DNA of 59,442 nt, the filler included, from Ionaspis alba (Eukaryota), in the NCBI GenBank assembly GCA_964255285.1. It is 2 parts of 2 records of this genome, joined end to end, with 100 filler letters (N's around TTAATTAATTAA, not from the genome) between each part and the next. Parts side by side here need not be neighbours in the genome. Positions count along the whole stretch, not along the records: positions 1 to 29,736 come from CAXUUL010000120.1; 1 more part is not named here. One strand, given 5' to 3'. Numbering within the stretch: position 1 is the first letter of the stretch; the number at the start of each line of letters is the position of its first letter. The translations under genes were made by a program, and so were the position numbers. Shown here piece by piece: positions 10,822 through 23,805 of this stretch. A model generated the notes under the pieces. The model was not told the origin of the DNA, made no database searches, and saw only the letters and a list, made by a program, of their open reading frames with translations.

Positions 10822-13683
10822 TTACAGTGCTTTCACGGATTGAAAGAACGGATTGTCCAGTAGCTTCTGGTTCCCCATAACCAGCTCTTTCATCTTACTA
10901 ACCATATCCTCCTGGCTCATATTTCTGCCATCCGTTTCTTTTTTCCATTGCACCAACATCTCCTTGAGTAGAGCACTTCCCTCCTCAACATCCTTCTTTG
11001 AGTGCTTGATAGCGGCCTCATCGTGTTTCGTGGAAAAGTCTTCGAGTTCATCGGCCTTCCGTTTTGCCATGTTGACAACCTTCGGTGGAAATCGTACAAG
11101 CTCTGCTACATGTATGCCGAAACTCTGATCGCAGACTCCTTCCTCTACCTTGTACAGGAGCGTGACTTCCCGACGTGCTCTTTCGCTCGTGTCACCTATA
11201 TGAGCGACGACGTGTAGGTTCCGCACCTGAGGATACTCATTGACTAGGGCAGTGAGCTCATGGAAATGTGTGGCGAACATAGAGAAGCATCCTATCTCCT
11301 TCACTATGTGTTCCGAAATTGCCCAGGCAAGTCCAAAACCGTCGTAAGTACTCGTGCCACGACCTAGCTCGTCGATGATGATGAGCGATTCTGAGGTAGC
11401 CGACTTCAATATATTCGCTGTCTCTAGCATTTCTGCCATGAAGGTCGAGACACCCTTCAATTGCGAATCGCTAGCACCCACACGAGCAAGGATGCAATCA
11501 AAGAGAGTGAGCTCTGCTTCGGAGCAAGGCACAAAGCAACCAACCTGAGCCATCAATGCAATGACACCTATCTGCCGAATGTACGTCGACTTTCCTCCCA
11601 TGTTGGGCCCCGTGATGATCAGGAACTCTGAGTTGCCACGAACAAGCGAAACATCGTTCGTGATAAATTGGATATCATCTTGCATTTCCATGCAAGGGTG
11701 ACGGGCTTCTTTCAGTATGGTACTGCCCTCACCTCTCGGGTGCATTTTTGGGCGCACATAAGATGTTGGTGCATGGACAGAGACATGTGCAAAGCTGATA
11801 ATGACATCAAGATGAGCAAGAACACCGGCAAGTTGTTCGATGACAGGGCAGTATGAGGCTGCGACATTGACGACTTCGCTGACTAGTCCACTTTGCGTTC
11901 GATTGTAGGTCTCGGACAGCTGATCGAATTCTCGTCTCATCCTCTGCATGTTGGTATTGGTGAAATAGACTCCGTTCTTCTGTGTACCACACTCTTGGTA
12001 TTGCTTCTTGTTTCGTATACACCCTGCCTCTGTGCGGGTCAATCGGAAGCACCAGCCATATACTTTCTGGTTTTCGAGGAAAAGTTTCTTGTCGACTTCT
12101 TGGTTAAGATCTTGCCCGACTTTTGTATGTTCAACATTCATTTCATGCTTGAGCTTGTCTAGCTTCTTGCGGACTATCCGAAGGCTGTCATCGAATTCGG
12201 GTTTGATGATGAACTCATGGCGATCAAGCGCGTCAAGATCCACTGTTGTCTCCACCATCTCTTGTAGCTTTGCTAGGCTGTTGCAGTGACTGATGAGCTT
12301 CGAGGTATATTCTGCATCCAAAGTGTCCTTGTATTGCTCATCCATGACACCTTCCAAGGTACCAATAAAGCCAGGGATTCTGATCACGACTTGATAAGCC
12401 CTCACGACGTCCTCTAGATTGGCTTGCTTCCTCTGAAACCTTTTAGCCAACCGATAGAGATCTGGTATCGATCGAAGGTGTTCTTCTTGCATCGTCTGTC
12501 GAAGTTCTGTATCTACCACAAATGCTTCCACAAGCTGCTGACGTTTTTCGATTTCTTCTAAACTCATTAGCGGCTGTTTGAGCCATTGAGATAGTAGTCG
12601 GCTTCCGACAGGTGTCTTGCAATGATTCAATAGACCGTACAAGCTCATGTTCTTCGAGCCGTCCCTTGGTCCTGGCATGAGATTGAGAGCTTTAAGTGCA
12701 GAAGCATCCAGTTTCATATACTGAGATAGATCGTGTTGATACAACCGATATTGTCCGAAGTTCGATGGATCTGATAGAATACCAAGGTATTTGATGAGTG
12801 AAGCAGCCGAACCCATGGCGAGTTTCAAGTCGGTCTGTGGTAAAGTGCCTACGGCTCGCTCGTCACGAAGCAATCGGGCAAGATCTTGTTCAATGTCCCT
12901 GTTCCCGAAGTCGCCTACTGGTCGTTCGGCAATAGCGATACCGCAGCTGTCTGCAATAGATCGTAGTTTGGCAAGTTCCACGTCTTTCTTCTGGCCATCT
13001 GCCTGGACGATGCATTCTTTGACACCCAGTTGGATGAGGAGAGATTCAAAGTTTGAATAAAGATCGTTGTCCAGGAACTCGCTCACACCAAGCTCCCGCA
13101 CACTTGCATCTGCAAAACAGACACCAACATTTCGAGCTTCGGATGCCTTGGCAGAAACTTTGACCGCAAGGATGATAGGTGCTGAGTCTAAGTGTCCTCC
13201 AAGGTCCTCCTCGACATCCTGCAGATTGCCCGGCGAAGCCTGCTTCGTGACCTTCCATTGCATTCGACCAGCAGCCTCCCATATCTCAATCCTCTTCCCT
13301 AATTTGAATAGCGCATCTCTGAGGAAATTTCGGAATACAGTGACTGTCATGGTAACCGAGGGAAGTCCAGTGTCTGATCTGCCAAGCTGCCGTATGACAG
13401 AGGTGGTCTTGTAAACCTGTAGCAGTACTAGTCAGGAACGAATTGGCAGAGTTTTGAGCAGTATTCACTTACCGTTTTCGCGATGTACGCCGCGTCCTCT
13501 CCATGTGCAGTGTACCAGTCGCCACGATCGAAGATCCGTACAGTTTCGTTATCCTGGACGGGTAGGCCACGGAAGAACTTGATGAATCCCACTTCATCGT
13601 CAACCTAGATTGATGTCAGTCTCGTCTCATCCGGTTTAAAGTGCAATCGAACCACTCACCTTGAGCTCAGGGCGGGACGCCAT
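10822..13683 (-). CDS. MSH2: DNA mismatch repair protein Msh2
   Basis: [19 protein letters not shown]...[15 protein letters not shown]-terminus (2 introns). MutS ATPase motifs [39 protein letters not shown]. Confidence 0.98.
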
Positions 13684-13866
13684 AACGCTGAACGTTGATT
13701 GGAACGTGGTACAATGATTGTGCAAAGTTAGGACGAGAAAGGCATTGAGTTCCAAGGAAGAGAAATAACTTGATAGTATGTGCTGGCAAGACCGTTCAGC
13801 AACAGGAAGGGTGCCACCAATGCTGATTATGGGGAACGTTACCGCGAGTCAGAACGTTTTTAAATA

Positions 13867-13899
13867 GCGACGCGTCGCGACCTAGCTTATGCTTCGCGT
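13867..13899. promoter_or_regulatory. MCB cell-cycle box cluster in the MSH2/CDC7 bidirectional promoter
   Basis: ACGCGT at 13870-13875 within the palindrome GCGACGCGTCGC, with further CGCG cores nearby. Lies midway between two S-phase genes. Confidence 0.65.
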
Positions 13900-14092
13900 A
13901 AGCTTCCCCTTCCGTCCTAGTCTGGACGGTCACTGTGTACTGTCCCTAGACAAGGGGATTTGTTTACTTTGCGAGCGACTGCCCCACGTTAAGTCCGAAG
14001 CGCTACAAACTGCGTGCCTCTAGAACTGTTGAACCAAGACACAAGCGAGGCGGATAGTACTGAGACTAGTCTGCGCTGCAGAATCTCACTGC

Positions 14093-15791
14093 ATGGAGAG
14101 GACGCGTGATCCGTCTGTGGCAAGAGCTAAGCCTTCAGCAAAACACAGTCCCTTCAACATCCTCGAGGACGAGGAGGAGATCACGAAGGAACGGCAAAGA
14201 CGACGTCAGGCAGGAGAGATTGACGACATTGACGAAGACGATCCCATTGAAAATGAAGACGACTATTCGTCGGGCGATTCTGATGACTCAGAAGATCAGC
14301 GCAAGGCATTAGACCCGATGATTCAGGAGGATATTTCCAGATTCGAAGAGTCGTTCAAAGGCATTACCAAACGGTACAAGGTTTTGAGTCGCATAGGAGA
14401 AGGTGCCTCTCCGAGCCCATGGATCAAGGCTCAAGAGCTTCGCTGACTGAATTGGTCTTGGTAGGAACATTCTCAACGGTCTACAAAGCCGAAGACCTAC
14501 AGTACGACCAATATCGCAACGATTGGGATGTTACATCTTCAGATGCAACTGTTTGGGTCTCGCCACCGATCCGCAAAAGACAGCGGCAACGACGGAAGCC
14601 ACGCTATGTTGCCATAAAGAAGATCTATGTGACAAGCAGTCCGATGCGAATACAGAATGAGCTCGAGTTACTGCATGATCTCAAGTGGTGCAAGAATATA
14701 TCCCCACTTATTACGGCTTTCCGCTATCAAGATCAAGTCATTGCGGTGTTACCGTACTATCGGCACCAAGACTTCCGAGTGAGATCATCTGTGTTTGCAA
14801 TAAGCGTATGGATCTGACCATTCCCAGCAATTCTTTCCAGATATGCTGCCAGAACACATGCAAGTGTACTTTCGGTCTCTTTTCAGTGCCCTTGCTGCTG
14901 TACATAAACATGGAATCCTTCACCGGGACATCAAACCCACGTGAGTATAGCTCCCTTCAAAGCAACTTTCATACTGAGACTTACTTAGAAACTTTCTGTA
15001 TGACATTCACAGGCAGCGGGGCGTCCTTGTGGATTTCGGACTAGCCGAGGTAACGATCAGACCCGCCATAAAGAGGTCACTACGCTTACGATCGTGGACA
15101 GAGAGAAGGAAGTGATTGCTCTTACTGCATTTGCAGCGACACACCAGCTCGTCGAAGACTCAAAGTTGAGAATAGCTATGCAGCCCAGAATCCAAACACC
15201 ACGAATGGATATCCCAAAAATGATACTCGCCCCTCTAAAAGAGCTAACAGAGCTGGCACTCGAGGTTTCAGAGCGCCCGAAGTCCTGCTTAAATGCACCA
15301 GCCAAACTACAAAGATAGACGTGTGGTCAGCAGGCGTGGTCTTACTAACCATACTCTCGCAACGATTTCCGTTCTTCAACTCCACAGACGATGTTGAAGC
15401 CCTGATAGAGATTAGCAGCATTTTCGGGCAGCGAAGAATGAAAGCTTGCGCGCTACTTCACGGCTCCGTTTTCGAGACTACGATTCCAACGATTGGAGAG
15501 AAGGGATATCCATGGGAAAAACTCATCATATGGTCCCAAGGCAGACCAAGTGAGGCAGACGGCGGTAGCGCTCTTTCCGATGGAGAGAAGCAGGCTATCA
15601 GATTCTTGGAGCGGTGTATGGAGCTTGACCCAAGGAAGAGGATTTCTGCTAAGGAGGCTCTGGAGCACGAATTCTTGGCNNNNNNNNNNNNNNNNNNNNN
15701 NNNNNNNNNNNNNNNNNNNNNNNNNNNNNNNNNNNNNNNNNNNNNNNNNNNNNNNNNNNNNNNNNNNNNNNNNNNNNNNGCATTCTCGTAG
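14093..15791 (+). CDS. CDC7: Cdc7/Hsk1 (DDK) kinase; 3' end interrupted by an N gap
   Basis: IGEG|TFSTVYKA, VAIKKIYVTSSPMRIQNEL, HRDIKP|NFL, DFGLA, DTRPSKRANRAGTRGFRAPEVLLKC. Four introns. Confidence 0.95.
15680..15779. other. Assembly gap (100 N)
   Basis: N run. Confidence 1.
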
Positions 15792-15886
15792 AGAACACAT
15801 CATGTAGCAAAGAGCTTGATTCCTAGGCCCACACTGCCCATTTCATCTAATGCCGCAAATTGCCTGTTCCCGAAAAAAATTCTCTC

Positions 15887-16589
15887 TCATGCCACCAGCT
15901 CAACGATCCCACCCGCATCCTTGATCTTCTTCTCCGCCAACTTGCTGAAATATCTCGCCCGGACAACCATCGGTATCTCTGGTAGTCTGCCCTTGCCCAA
16001 CACTTTTGAGTAACCTAGAGGAAGAAGGTCGAGAACAGGAGCTGTGTCACTATTCTTCTCGCTAAGATATTGATCGCGCTTTTCTTGGGGTACGAGAGCC
16101 CAGAGCTGTAGTGTATTGTATGTTAGCCATCCGTTGTCACCTGCCATTCTGAACCTCTAAATCCCTTGTATCATTAAAGGACTATTGGCTCAACGTCCAC
16201 CATATTGCGTAATTGTAGGCCGTAGAGGGATGAGCGCTTGCGAAAACACACCTTATCGAGGTTGATAACGGGCTTCCAAAATTGATTCTGCAGCTTGTGG
16301 AAATACCGCATTCCGACCTTTCCAAAGTATCCGGGATGGTACTTGTCGAGATTGGTACGGTGATGATGCTGACCACCAGCCATACCACGTCCACCAGGAT
16401 GCTTGCGATGCTTGCCTACACGTCCATGACCGGCTGAGACGTGGCCGCGACTGGGATTGAGTGAGAGTTGTTAGCTTCGTTGTTCTAGACCAGTAGGGAC
16501 AGACTGTGGCTTAGAAAAAGTAGCAACGCCAAAGGAGAGGCGCAGAATGATACGTACTGCTTGCGGGTCTTTGTCAATCGAGTAGGCAT
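15887..16589 (-). CDS. RPL28: 60S ribosomal protein uL15 (yeast L28 / L27a)
   Basis: [10 protein letters not shown]...[51 protein letters not shown]...YSKVLGKG. Two introns. Confidence 0.98.
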
Positions 16590-16923
16590 GGCGATGGGTG
16601 GAAATAAGGATTTATTGCCAATTCGAGTTGTCGCGGTCGTGATTTTTCAATGTGGGATTTCGAGATTCAAATCATTGCGCTAGCGCTTGTATAGACTAGT
16701 TCTTCGCTTAGCACAGTCCCGTCTATGCCGAAGAATCCTCGAAACATTGTGAGCACAAGACCGCGCAAAGAACGGTCCAAACGATTTTCTACAGCATGAT
16801 CGGACTATGGAGGTTACGGGACTATCTCGGATGAGTCGAAGAAGAGATGTAACTTCTCACATCGGCTATTGTGCGGGCATTTCTGGGTTGGACACTTCCC
16901 GCCCCAACGATAAACCTCCTCGA

Positions 16924-19900
16924 TCAGACATCTCTCTTCACCTTGAAGAAGGCGTCAATATTACCAATCATCTGACTAAAACCCTTCTTCGCCGTATCTT
17001 GCACCAGACCCTTCTTTATCCACCCAGGCAATTTATCTTGAATGCGAGGCGTGTTGTACCTGCGATCCAGCATAACAATAGTCGCATAATCATTCCGGTG
17101 CCGAATGGCTCTTCCGATACTTTGGTTGACTGCCCTCATGCAGGCGTTTTCATAGAATTCCCTGGACGCAGCCTTCCCATCTACCGTGCTTCCGCCTCGA
17201 GCTACTGTCGCTTGTTCAATGTACTCGAGCTTCGCATTCCATTGAGCACTCTGGATGTTTGGGAACGGCAGGCCTACCACCACGACACCTCTACCCAATC
17301 GATCGGAGAAGTTGATGCCTTCGGACATCTTGCCGCCAATGACGGAGAGCAGCAAACCGCCTTTCCCTGCGTCAATCGCATTTGCGTAATGCCTGAGAAT
17401 GTCGTCCACCCCAGCCGATTCTTTGCTTTCCCGAAAGACGTTTTTCAGGCGAATAAGTAGATCGTGAATACTCGTCTTACCGTTAGTGGCTAGTCTCCAC
17501 TTCGATGTCACCTGTTCTAGATAGGCATAGCTGGGGAAGAAAATTACCACACCATCAGGAATAACTTGACACAATCTGATGAGAGTGTTCCCGAGCTCGT
17601 CGATCATGGCTGGCAAGTTTCGTTTCTCGTAGGTGAAGTCGAATTCGAGGTTACCAGGTCCTCTAGTCACTGGCCACGCCAGCAAATTTTTGTCGGGTAT
17701 TACATGACCACAGCTTAGCGTTTTCAGCCGAGAAGAATCAAGGTATGGAAACAGATGACGTGTGTAGTCTTCCATCTGAGGCGAGATCAGTGTCGGTGCA
17801 CACTACGAGAAGAATAGATAGCATACTGGTGACATGGTTCCCCCTGCAAGGATCACCGCCCGAGCTTCCTCCACTATGTCTTTGAAGTGAAACGTCGAGT
17901 CGAGGAGCATATATTGCAGGGCCACATCATGTTCCTCCAGCTTCGAGAAGAGGAAACGCCCCTCAGCTGCTGGATTTGTGAGGGTCTGGAAAAAGCTCTG
18001 GATTTGAGTCAAGACGGGAGTGGTAGAGACTTTGATGGCTATATCATTGCTTTTTGTCTGTTCGGCGCGAATGACATAACCGTCGACCTTTCTAGCAAGT
18101 TTGCTCTCTTGGAGATATCGCATGAGCTTGGAGAGATTGATCTGGTCAACTCCTTTTCCACCCATGAGATCATTGATTTTCATGATTCCATCAGAGGTGG
18201 TATTCTGTGCCGCCTTCGCCTCCAGACAAGTTGCGATTGAGTCTATAAGTCTCACGACCTGTGTGACGTAGACCCTGTTCTTGCCCTTCAGCTTATTGCG
18301 GAATTTCTGAAGGTAGATACCAAGTTGAGCTCGCGAACGTTTGAGCTGACTTAGGGTCACTGTCGCAGAGTAGATATTAGATATTGCATCCATAAGGTTG
18401 TGTGCCTCATCGATGATCACGACGTGGCCTTTCAGGGAGATGTCTAGCGCTTCTCTTGCACTCTTCTGCAGGAGCAGAGGATAAGGCAAAGTTATGATCT
18501 ATGATCGAGTTAGTATTTTGACTCGGGATGGACATCAATACCAGAGCCCACCTCGCTAGCTTTGATAGTCGACCTGGAAGCGTAATAAGGGCAAATCCCA
18601 ATCGTCTTTCCCAACTCTTCCAGGTCTTCAATGTCTCGGATTCTCGCAAGTGTATGATTCCTGAAGTCGTTGACCAGAGTCTCATTGTCTTTGTTTGGCA
18701 AAAACGAACACTTATGCTCTTGAGGCGTTCCTGATTGCTGCAATTCGAGACATCGCTCGCTGATAGCCACAGCACTTCCGCGTTTTGAGACCTGAGGATT
18801 AATACAGAGGTTCTTTCGAGAGCCCAAAGTCAGGTGCTTGATTCCCTCTTCCAGCGACGTTTCAGAGGCTGCTCCAGCCTCTATCACGGATGTAGGTATC
18901 TTGACTCGTCGCACTTCATTGGCAAATTGCGTGAGTTGTGAATGGGTTCTCGAGCAGTAGAAGATCTTGGTATTATTGAGCTCCTCCAGCTCTGCATCAT
19001 CACTGGGTGGTTTGACAATCATGCCAAGTCTATACTTTTCTCAATTGGGTTTCCGATAACTCTTACAGGTATTACGGCATGAGACTTACTTGCTCAGCAA
19101 ATCGAAGCTCGCCGCTGACAGACCACCTGTTGCCGCATCGTCACCCTCCTGGCGCTTCTGATCATGCTCTCTTTCGCTCTCGTAATCTGCAAGAACATAG
19201 GTATCGTCATCGTCTAGATCTTTTGATAAACCATTGCTGGCGTGGACTTTCTATACACGACTAAGCCCGCAATCTTTCCACAAGAATGGATGTTCTCACG
19301 GCTCTTTTACGAAAAGGTTCTCCGGTCTCGTAGCGTTGCTTCTGACGAAGCTCTTTCGCGCGAATCTTGCTAAGTTTTGCTTCCAGGTCTTGCCTCCGTT
19401 GCACGGCCCGGGCTCTCTTCTCCCTTCTCGAATGTTCGAGAACCCATTCAGGTTCACTTTCTGCTCTTGGCCATCAGTAATGTTTTGTGAGCTACGAAGG
19501 AGCAGTCACAACCATCCAGCCTGCCAGGCTCTTTTAGGAGATCATCTTGGTGCTCTCGCAACCATGTCAAAGACGCACATATCAGACTGAGGGATTTCCC
19601 CTGGACGTTGGTTAACCCCTGCTGGCGCTACAGCATAGAATCACATCATGAAGAGGGATTGTGCAGGATCGCTTGGTAGCTTGCTGACATTGACAATTCA
19701 AGGAAACAGAGGTAATACAGTTGTCAAATTTGCAAAGCATAGAAGATCTTGCGCGAGGCACGTACAGTACCTGTTTCTCAATAAGTTCTCCTTCTCTTCG
19801 CACTTGTCGTAGATGCCTACCTGTCGGAGACTCGAAGATACCGACTTGACTGTGCTCAATGCACTCGTATAGCGCAGTCATGAGCTCATTTTGTATGTCA

Positions 19901-19944
19901 TATGGCTGATAGGGGTGATGAAAGTCCCTTGTGGTAGGTTTCAT
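16924..19944 (-). CDS. CHL1: Fe-S DEAH DNA helicase Chl1 (DDX11)
   Basis: [87 protein letters not shown]. About 7 introns, including a 5-nt microexon. Confidence 0.96.
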
Positions 19945-20712
19945 TTCTTAAGAGAGTGGAAATTCTTCCAAGCCACACGCATGCTACTGAAGGTCGAGTG
20001 CAAAGGGTTGCAGCATGCCGTCGAATATCAAATCACGACCAAGGGTCTCTGTGTAAGGTCTCTGTCGAATCTCTCGTGACGCTAAATCAGATGCAACCAA
20101 GCGGCTGATATCAGATATCCGACGTGATGTTGGACATTCATTTTTAGCTGGCTGGTACCTGGCGGCGCAGCACGTGGTGAATGTTACCATGCGCAACGGC
20201 CCAAAAATGGGCCGCTCCTCAACTAAAACATCCCTAAAACACGAAGGAGGCGGTTCGATGGAAGGTGGGGATCTCACCATCCCGGCAGTAGCGACGTAAT
20301 AATATAGCTCACCAATAATGAGTTGCTCTGGCTGAAAGACATGGAACACCCTATATATGCAAGACCACCTCACGTTCTTCAGCTTCTCTACAACATTGGA
20401 TGGTCTGTTCACACCACCTGCAGCCTTCCGACGACAGGATGCTCAAAGCCTCCCAAGCTGCGCTTCCTCCAAAAGTGAATGGTGGTGGCTCATAGTTCTC
20501 CGGGGCTCATTTCTAGTCCACCAAGTTCTGCGCCGGCTTTCATTGTTTGAAAAGCTTCCCGTCTCTTCGGCATTGTTTGCGATCATCTTAAAGCAAGTTC
20601 TAGATCCTGGTTTCTGGAGCTTGCAACTTCGCTCGAAAATTCGTCGATCAGATACGCAACCTAATTTCCCACGTCTGACGTGAGTGCAGCTCGCGGCACA
20701 GTAGTAACTGCC

Positions 20713-23476
20713 ATGGACGCCTCACAGGGTGCCCAGCACGGTTCGCAACCGCACTTGGCCGCTACCTTCTACCCAGGAGGTAGTGATGACTTCTACATCC
20801 CCGAGCTGGTCTCTCCGGCACCACAAAGGTGAGTCTTGAATTGATGCTGTGGCCTCCGGTGCCTCGTGCCGTCAAAGTTGCGATTGGGCTGACTCATCGA
20901 TTAAGGTCGATGCCTGAAGTTCCCAATCAGATGCAAAACAATATAGCGCATCTCGAAATGGACGCGACTTCTCCATTGCATCGGCCTGGCTCTCAGCCGC
21001 CTGGAGCAGGCTACCATGATCAGTTTGCTGGTGGACCTTATGGGCATCAGGGTGGCCAACCACCGGCACACAATCAGAGCTACCAAAAACAGGGCAATGG
21101 ATACGAGAATCATAGAGCTGGAAGCTCGAACGATTCTCGACCATCATCTTCCCAACCAAGTCAGAGTTTGAACATCTCCGACCAACCCACCTTTTCGCCG
21201 TTCCCGGTCATACACAACCGACCAGCAAATGTGCCCCCATCCGATGATGAGAAGGAGAACATACTGGAGACAGCTCGCCAAGCAGTATTAAATTCAAATG
21301 ACCCCGAAATGCAATTGACATGGGCGCAAGACGCTTTGGGGTACGTGGAGGTGGCAATGGATAATGAGCGACGAATATCGGAAGTTCAGAAAACACGTTC
21401 AAGCACACCACGAGTGGAGCATCAGCTGCGAGTTGACGCGATCAGTGTGGTGTCATTCCTGGCAGACCAGCACCATCCAAGGGCAGAATTCATGCGCGGT
21501 ACTTGGCTTGAGTTTGGCAAATTCAACTTCCGCATGGACAAAAAGGAGGCATACCGGTGTTATTCGCGGGCAGCTCAGGGCGGTTATGCAAGAGCCGAGT
21601 ATAGAATGGGGATGCAGTTTGAGAGCTCCAATGACATAACCAAAGCTATCAAACATTATACTCTGGGGGAACAAGGACACGACTCGGCTTCATACTATGT
21701 ACGTGTGCCACAAACAATTTTCTATTGATTAGAAGGTCCATATGCTGACACAAATCTGTAGCGTCTCGGTATGATGACACTGCTGGGACAGCATGGTCAA
21801 CCGCAAGACTATCGTCGAGGTGTGGAGCTCATTAGGCTATCAGCCGAAACTGCAGACGAGAATGCGCCCCAGGGTGCATATGTAAGCTATCTCGACCAAC
21901 GTTCATTGCCAGTCTCTGACAGCTACCCTAGGTATACGGTATGTTACAGGCTCGAGAGCTACCGCAAGTCACTATACCAGATCAGTTCCTACCAATGAAC
22001 ATTGACGGGGCTTTGTATAATATCGAGAAAGCTGCATATCTGGGATTCGCGAAAGCGCAGACAAAGATGGGTGCAGCCTATGAGCTTTCTCAACTAGGCT
22101 GCGATTTTGATCCGGCACTATCTTTACATTACAATAACCTGGCCGCCAGACAGGGGGAGCCAGAAGCAGAAATGGCTATAAGCAAATGGTTTCTATCCGG
22201 TCATGAGGGTGTCTTCAAGAAAAGCGATGAATTGGCCTACAACTATGCGCAAAGAGCAGCGCAGACCGGCCTTGCAACTGCAGAATTTGCAATGGGGTAC
22301 TTTCACGAAATAGGTATTCACGTCCCTGTCAGTCTGAAGGAGGCGCAGGTGTGGTATGGAAAAGCCGCAGAACATGGCAACAAAGACGCTGCGGCTCGGA
22401 TCGAAGGAATCACTCGGTCAAAGACTCTGTCACGGAAGGATCATGAAAAGATTGCTGTTGCCAAAATCAATAACTCACGTGGATCCCAGTACGGTAACAG
22501 GCCAGAACGCTTCACACGCCCCGCACCAGCAGTCATGCCGTCTATTCCTTCAGAATCTTACAATACTGTCAGCATGCCGGAAGTGGCTCCAACCTATAGC
22601 ACTCCAGTCAATGGAATGCTATATGCCCAGCCTCTTTCCTCTGGTCCTCCCAGTTCAGCCTTCACAAGTCCAGCGATACCAACCTCTTCTACCTTTCCTC
22701 AACATCCTGGTCGTCCTGCGCCGAAAATATCGACAGGCGGATTTTCAGCAGATGGTCGTCCTCCAAGCATGCCTCCTCCACAGATGCCAGTGCAACGACC
22801 GCACTCTGCTATGAGTGATGGAAGAGCTGGTCTCGGAAGAGGTGCACCAGGGCAGCAGCCTCCTCTTTTACCAGGTCAGATTCCCCAAGGCTACAGACAG
22901 TCGTCGTTGGGACTACCACCAAGTCCAGCCAGCAGTAAGCCACCAATGGATCCACGACAAAAACCACTCCCGGCATTCGACATTGGTTTCTCGGCACCGC
23001 TGGATCCGTCGGGAGCTGATAGGAAGAAGCGCTCCCAAGCCAACGATGGCCCGAACACCAGCTACCCCCCAGCTGGGAGAGGGTACAATACTCGTCCTGA
23101 ACGCATCTCCTCGAGACCACAGATGGTACCTCACAGTAACACTTACAATGGCCCTGGTCGCGAACCAAGTCCTCATCATGGATCAGGTTCACCAGCAATG
23201 GGCAATAGGCCGCCACGACAGGAGTCACTGCCCATGCGACCTCATCCTGGCCCGAGCCAAACTATGAGCGCACCAACGCCTCCGCCAGCAAATCTTGGGT
23301 CGAACAGTCCTGCGCCTTCTGCGACCAGCAGTGCGCCAGGCAGGCGTCCTGGTAAAGGTCCAGCTACGTTTGAGGAAATGGGTGTTCCTCAGGGTAAGAA
23401 GGAGGATGACTGTGTAAGGCATTTCCAACACCTCGCAGACAAAGCAGAACTGACGACTTCGCAGATCATAATGTAG
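20713..23476 (+). CDS. Sel1-repeat chitin synthase activator (Chs4/Skt5-like) with C-terminal CaaX
   Basis: Tandem Sel1 repeats (AEYRMG, AQTKMGAAYE, AEMAISKWFLSG, AEFAMGYFHEIG), Pro-rich tail, GKGPATFEEMGVPQGKKEDDC|IIM*. Four introns. Confidence 0.88.
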
Positions 23477-23805
23477 AGTTCCGCACCTAAATTTACACCC
23501 GCAGTGATTGCATAGCGAGACGGCGTTAACACCCTCTAGATGCTTGGATTGGTTGCATGTTCATTTGTTCTTCATGTCTTCAGGTCACGAATTAGATGTT
23601 GCATGCTCTAATTAGAACTATTGTTGGATGATGGGCACCCGTTCTTTAGAAGACTTTGCAGACTTTCTATAATGTATCATCTAGTGCAGGTATAGTCTCG
23701 CTTAATTTGAAATTATTATCATGTATCACTGCACGACCACTTCGTCCTGCTCATCATAAGTCTGACTGAGATCCCTATCTATGGTCCATCTCTTCAACAA
23801 GAATC

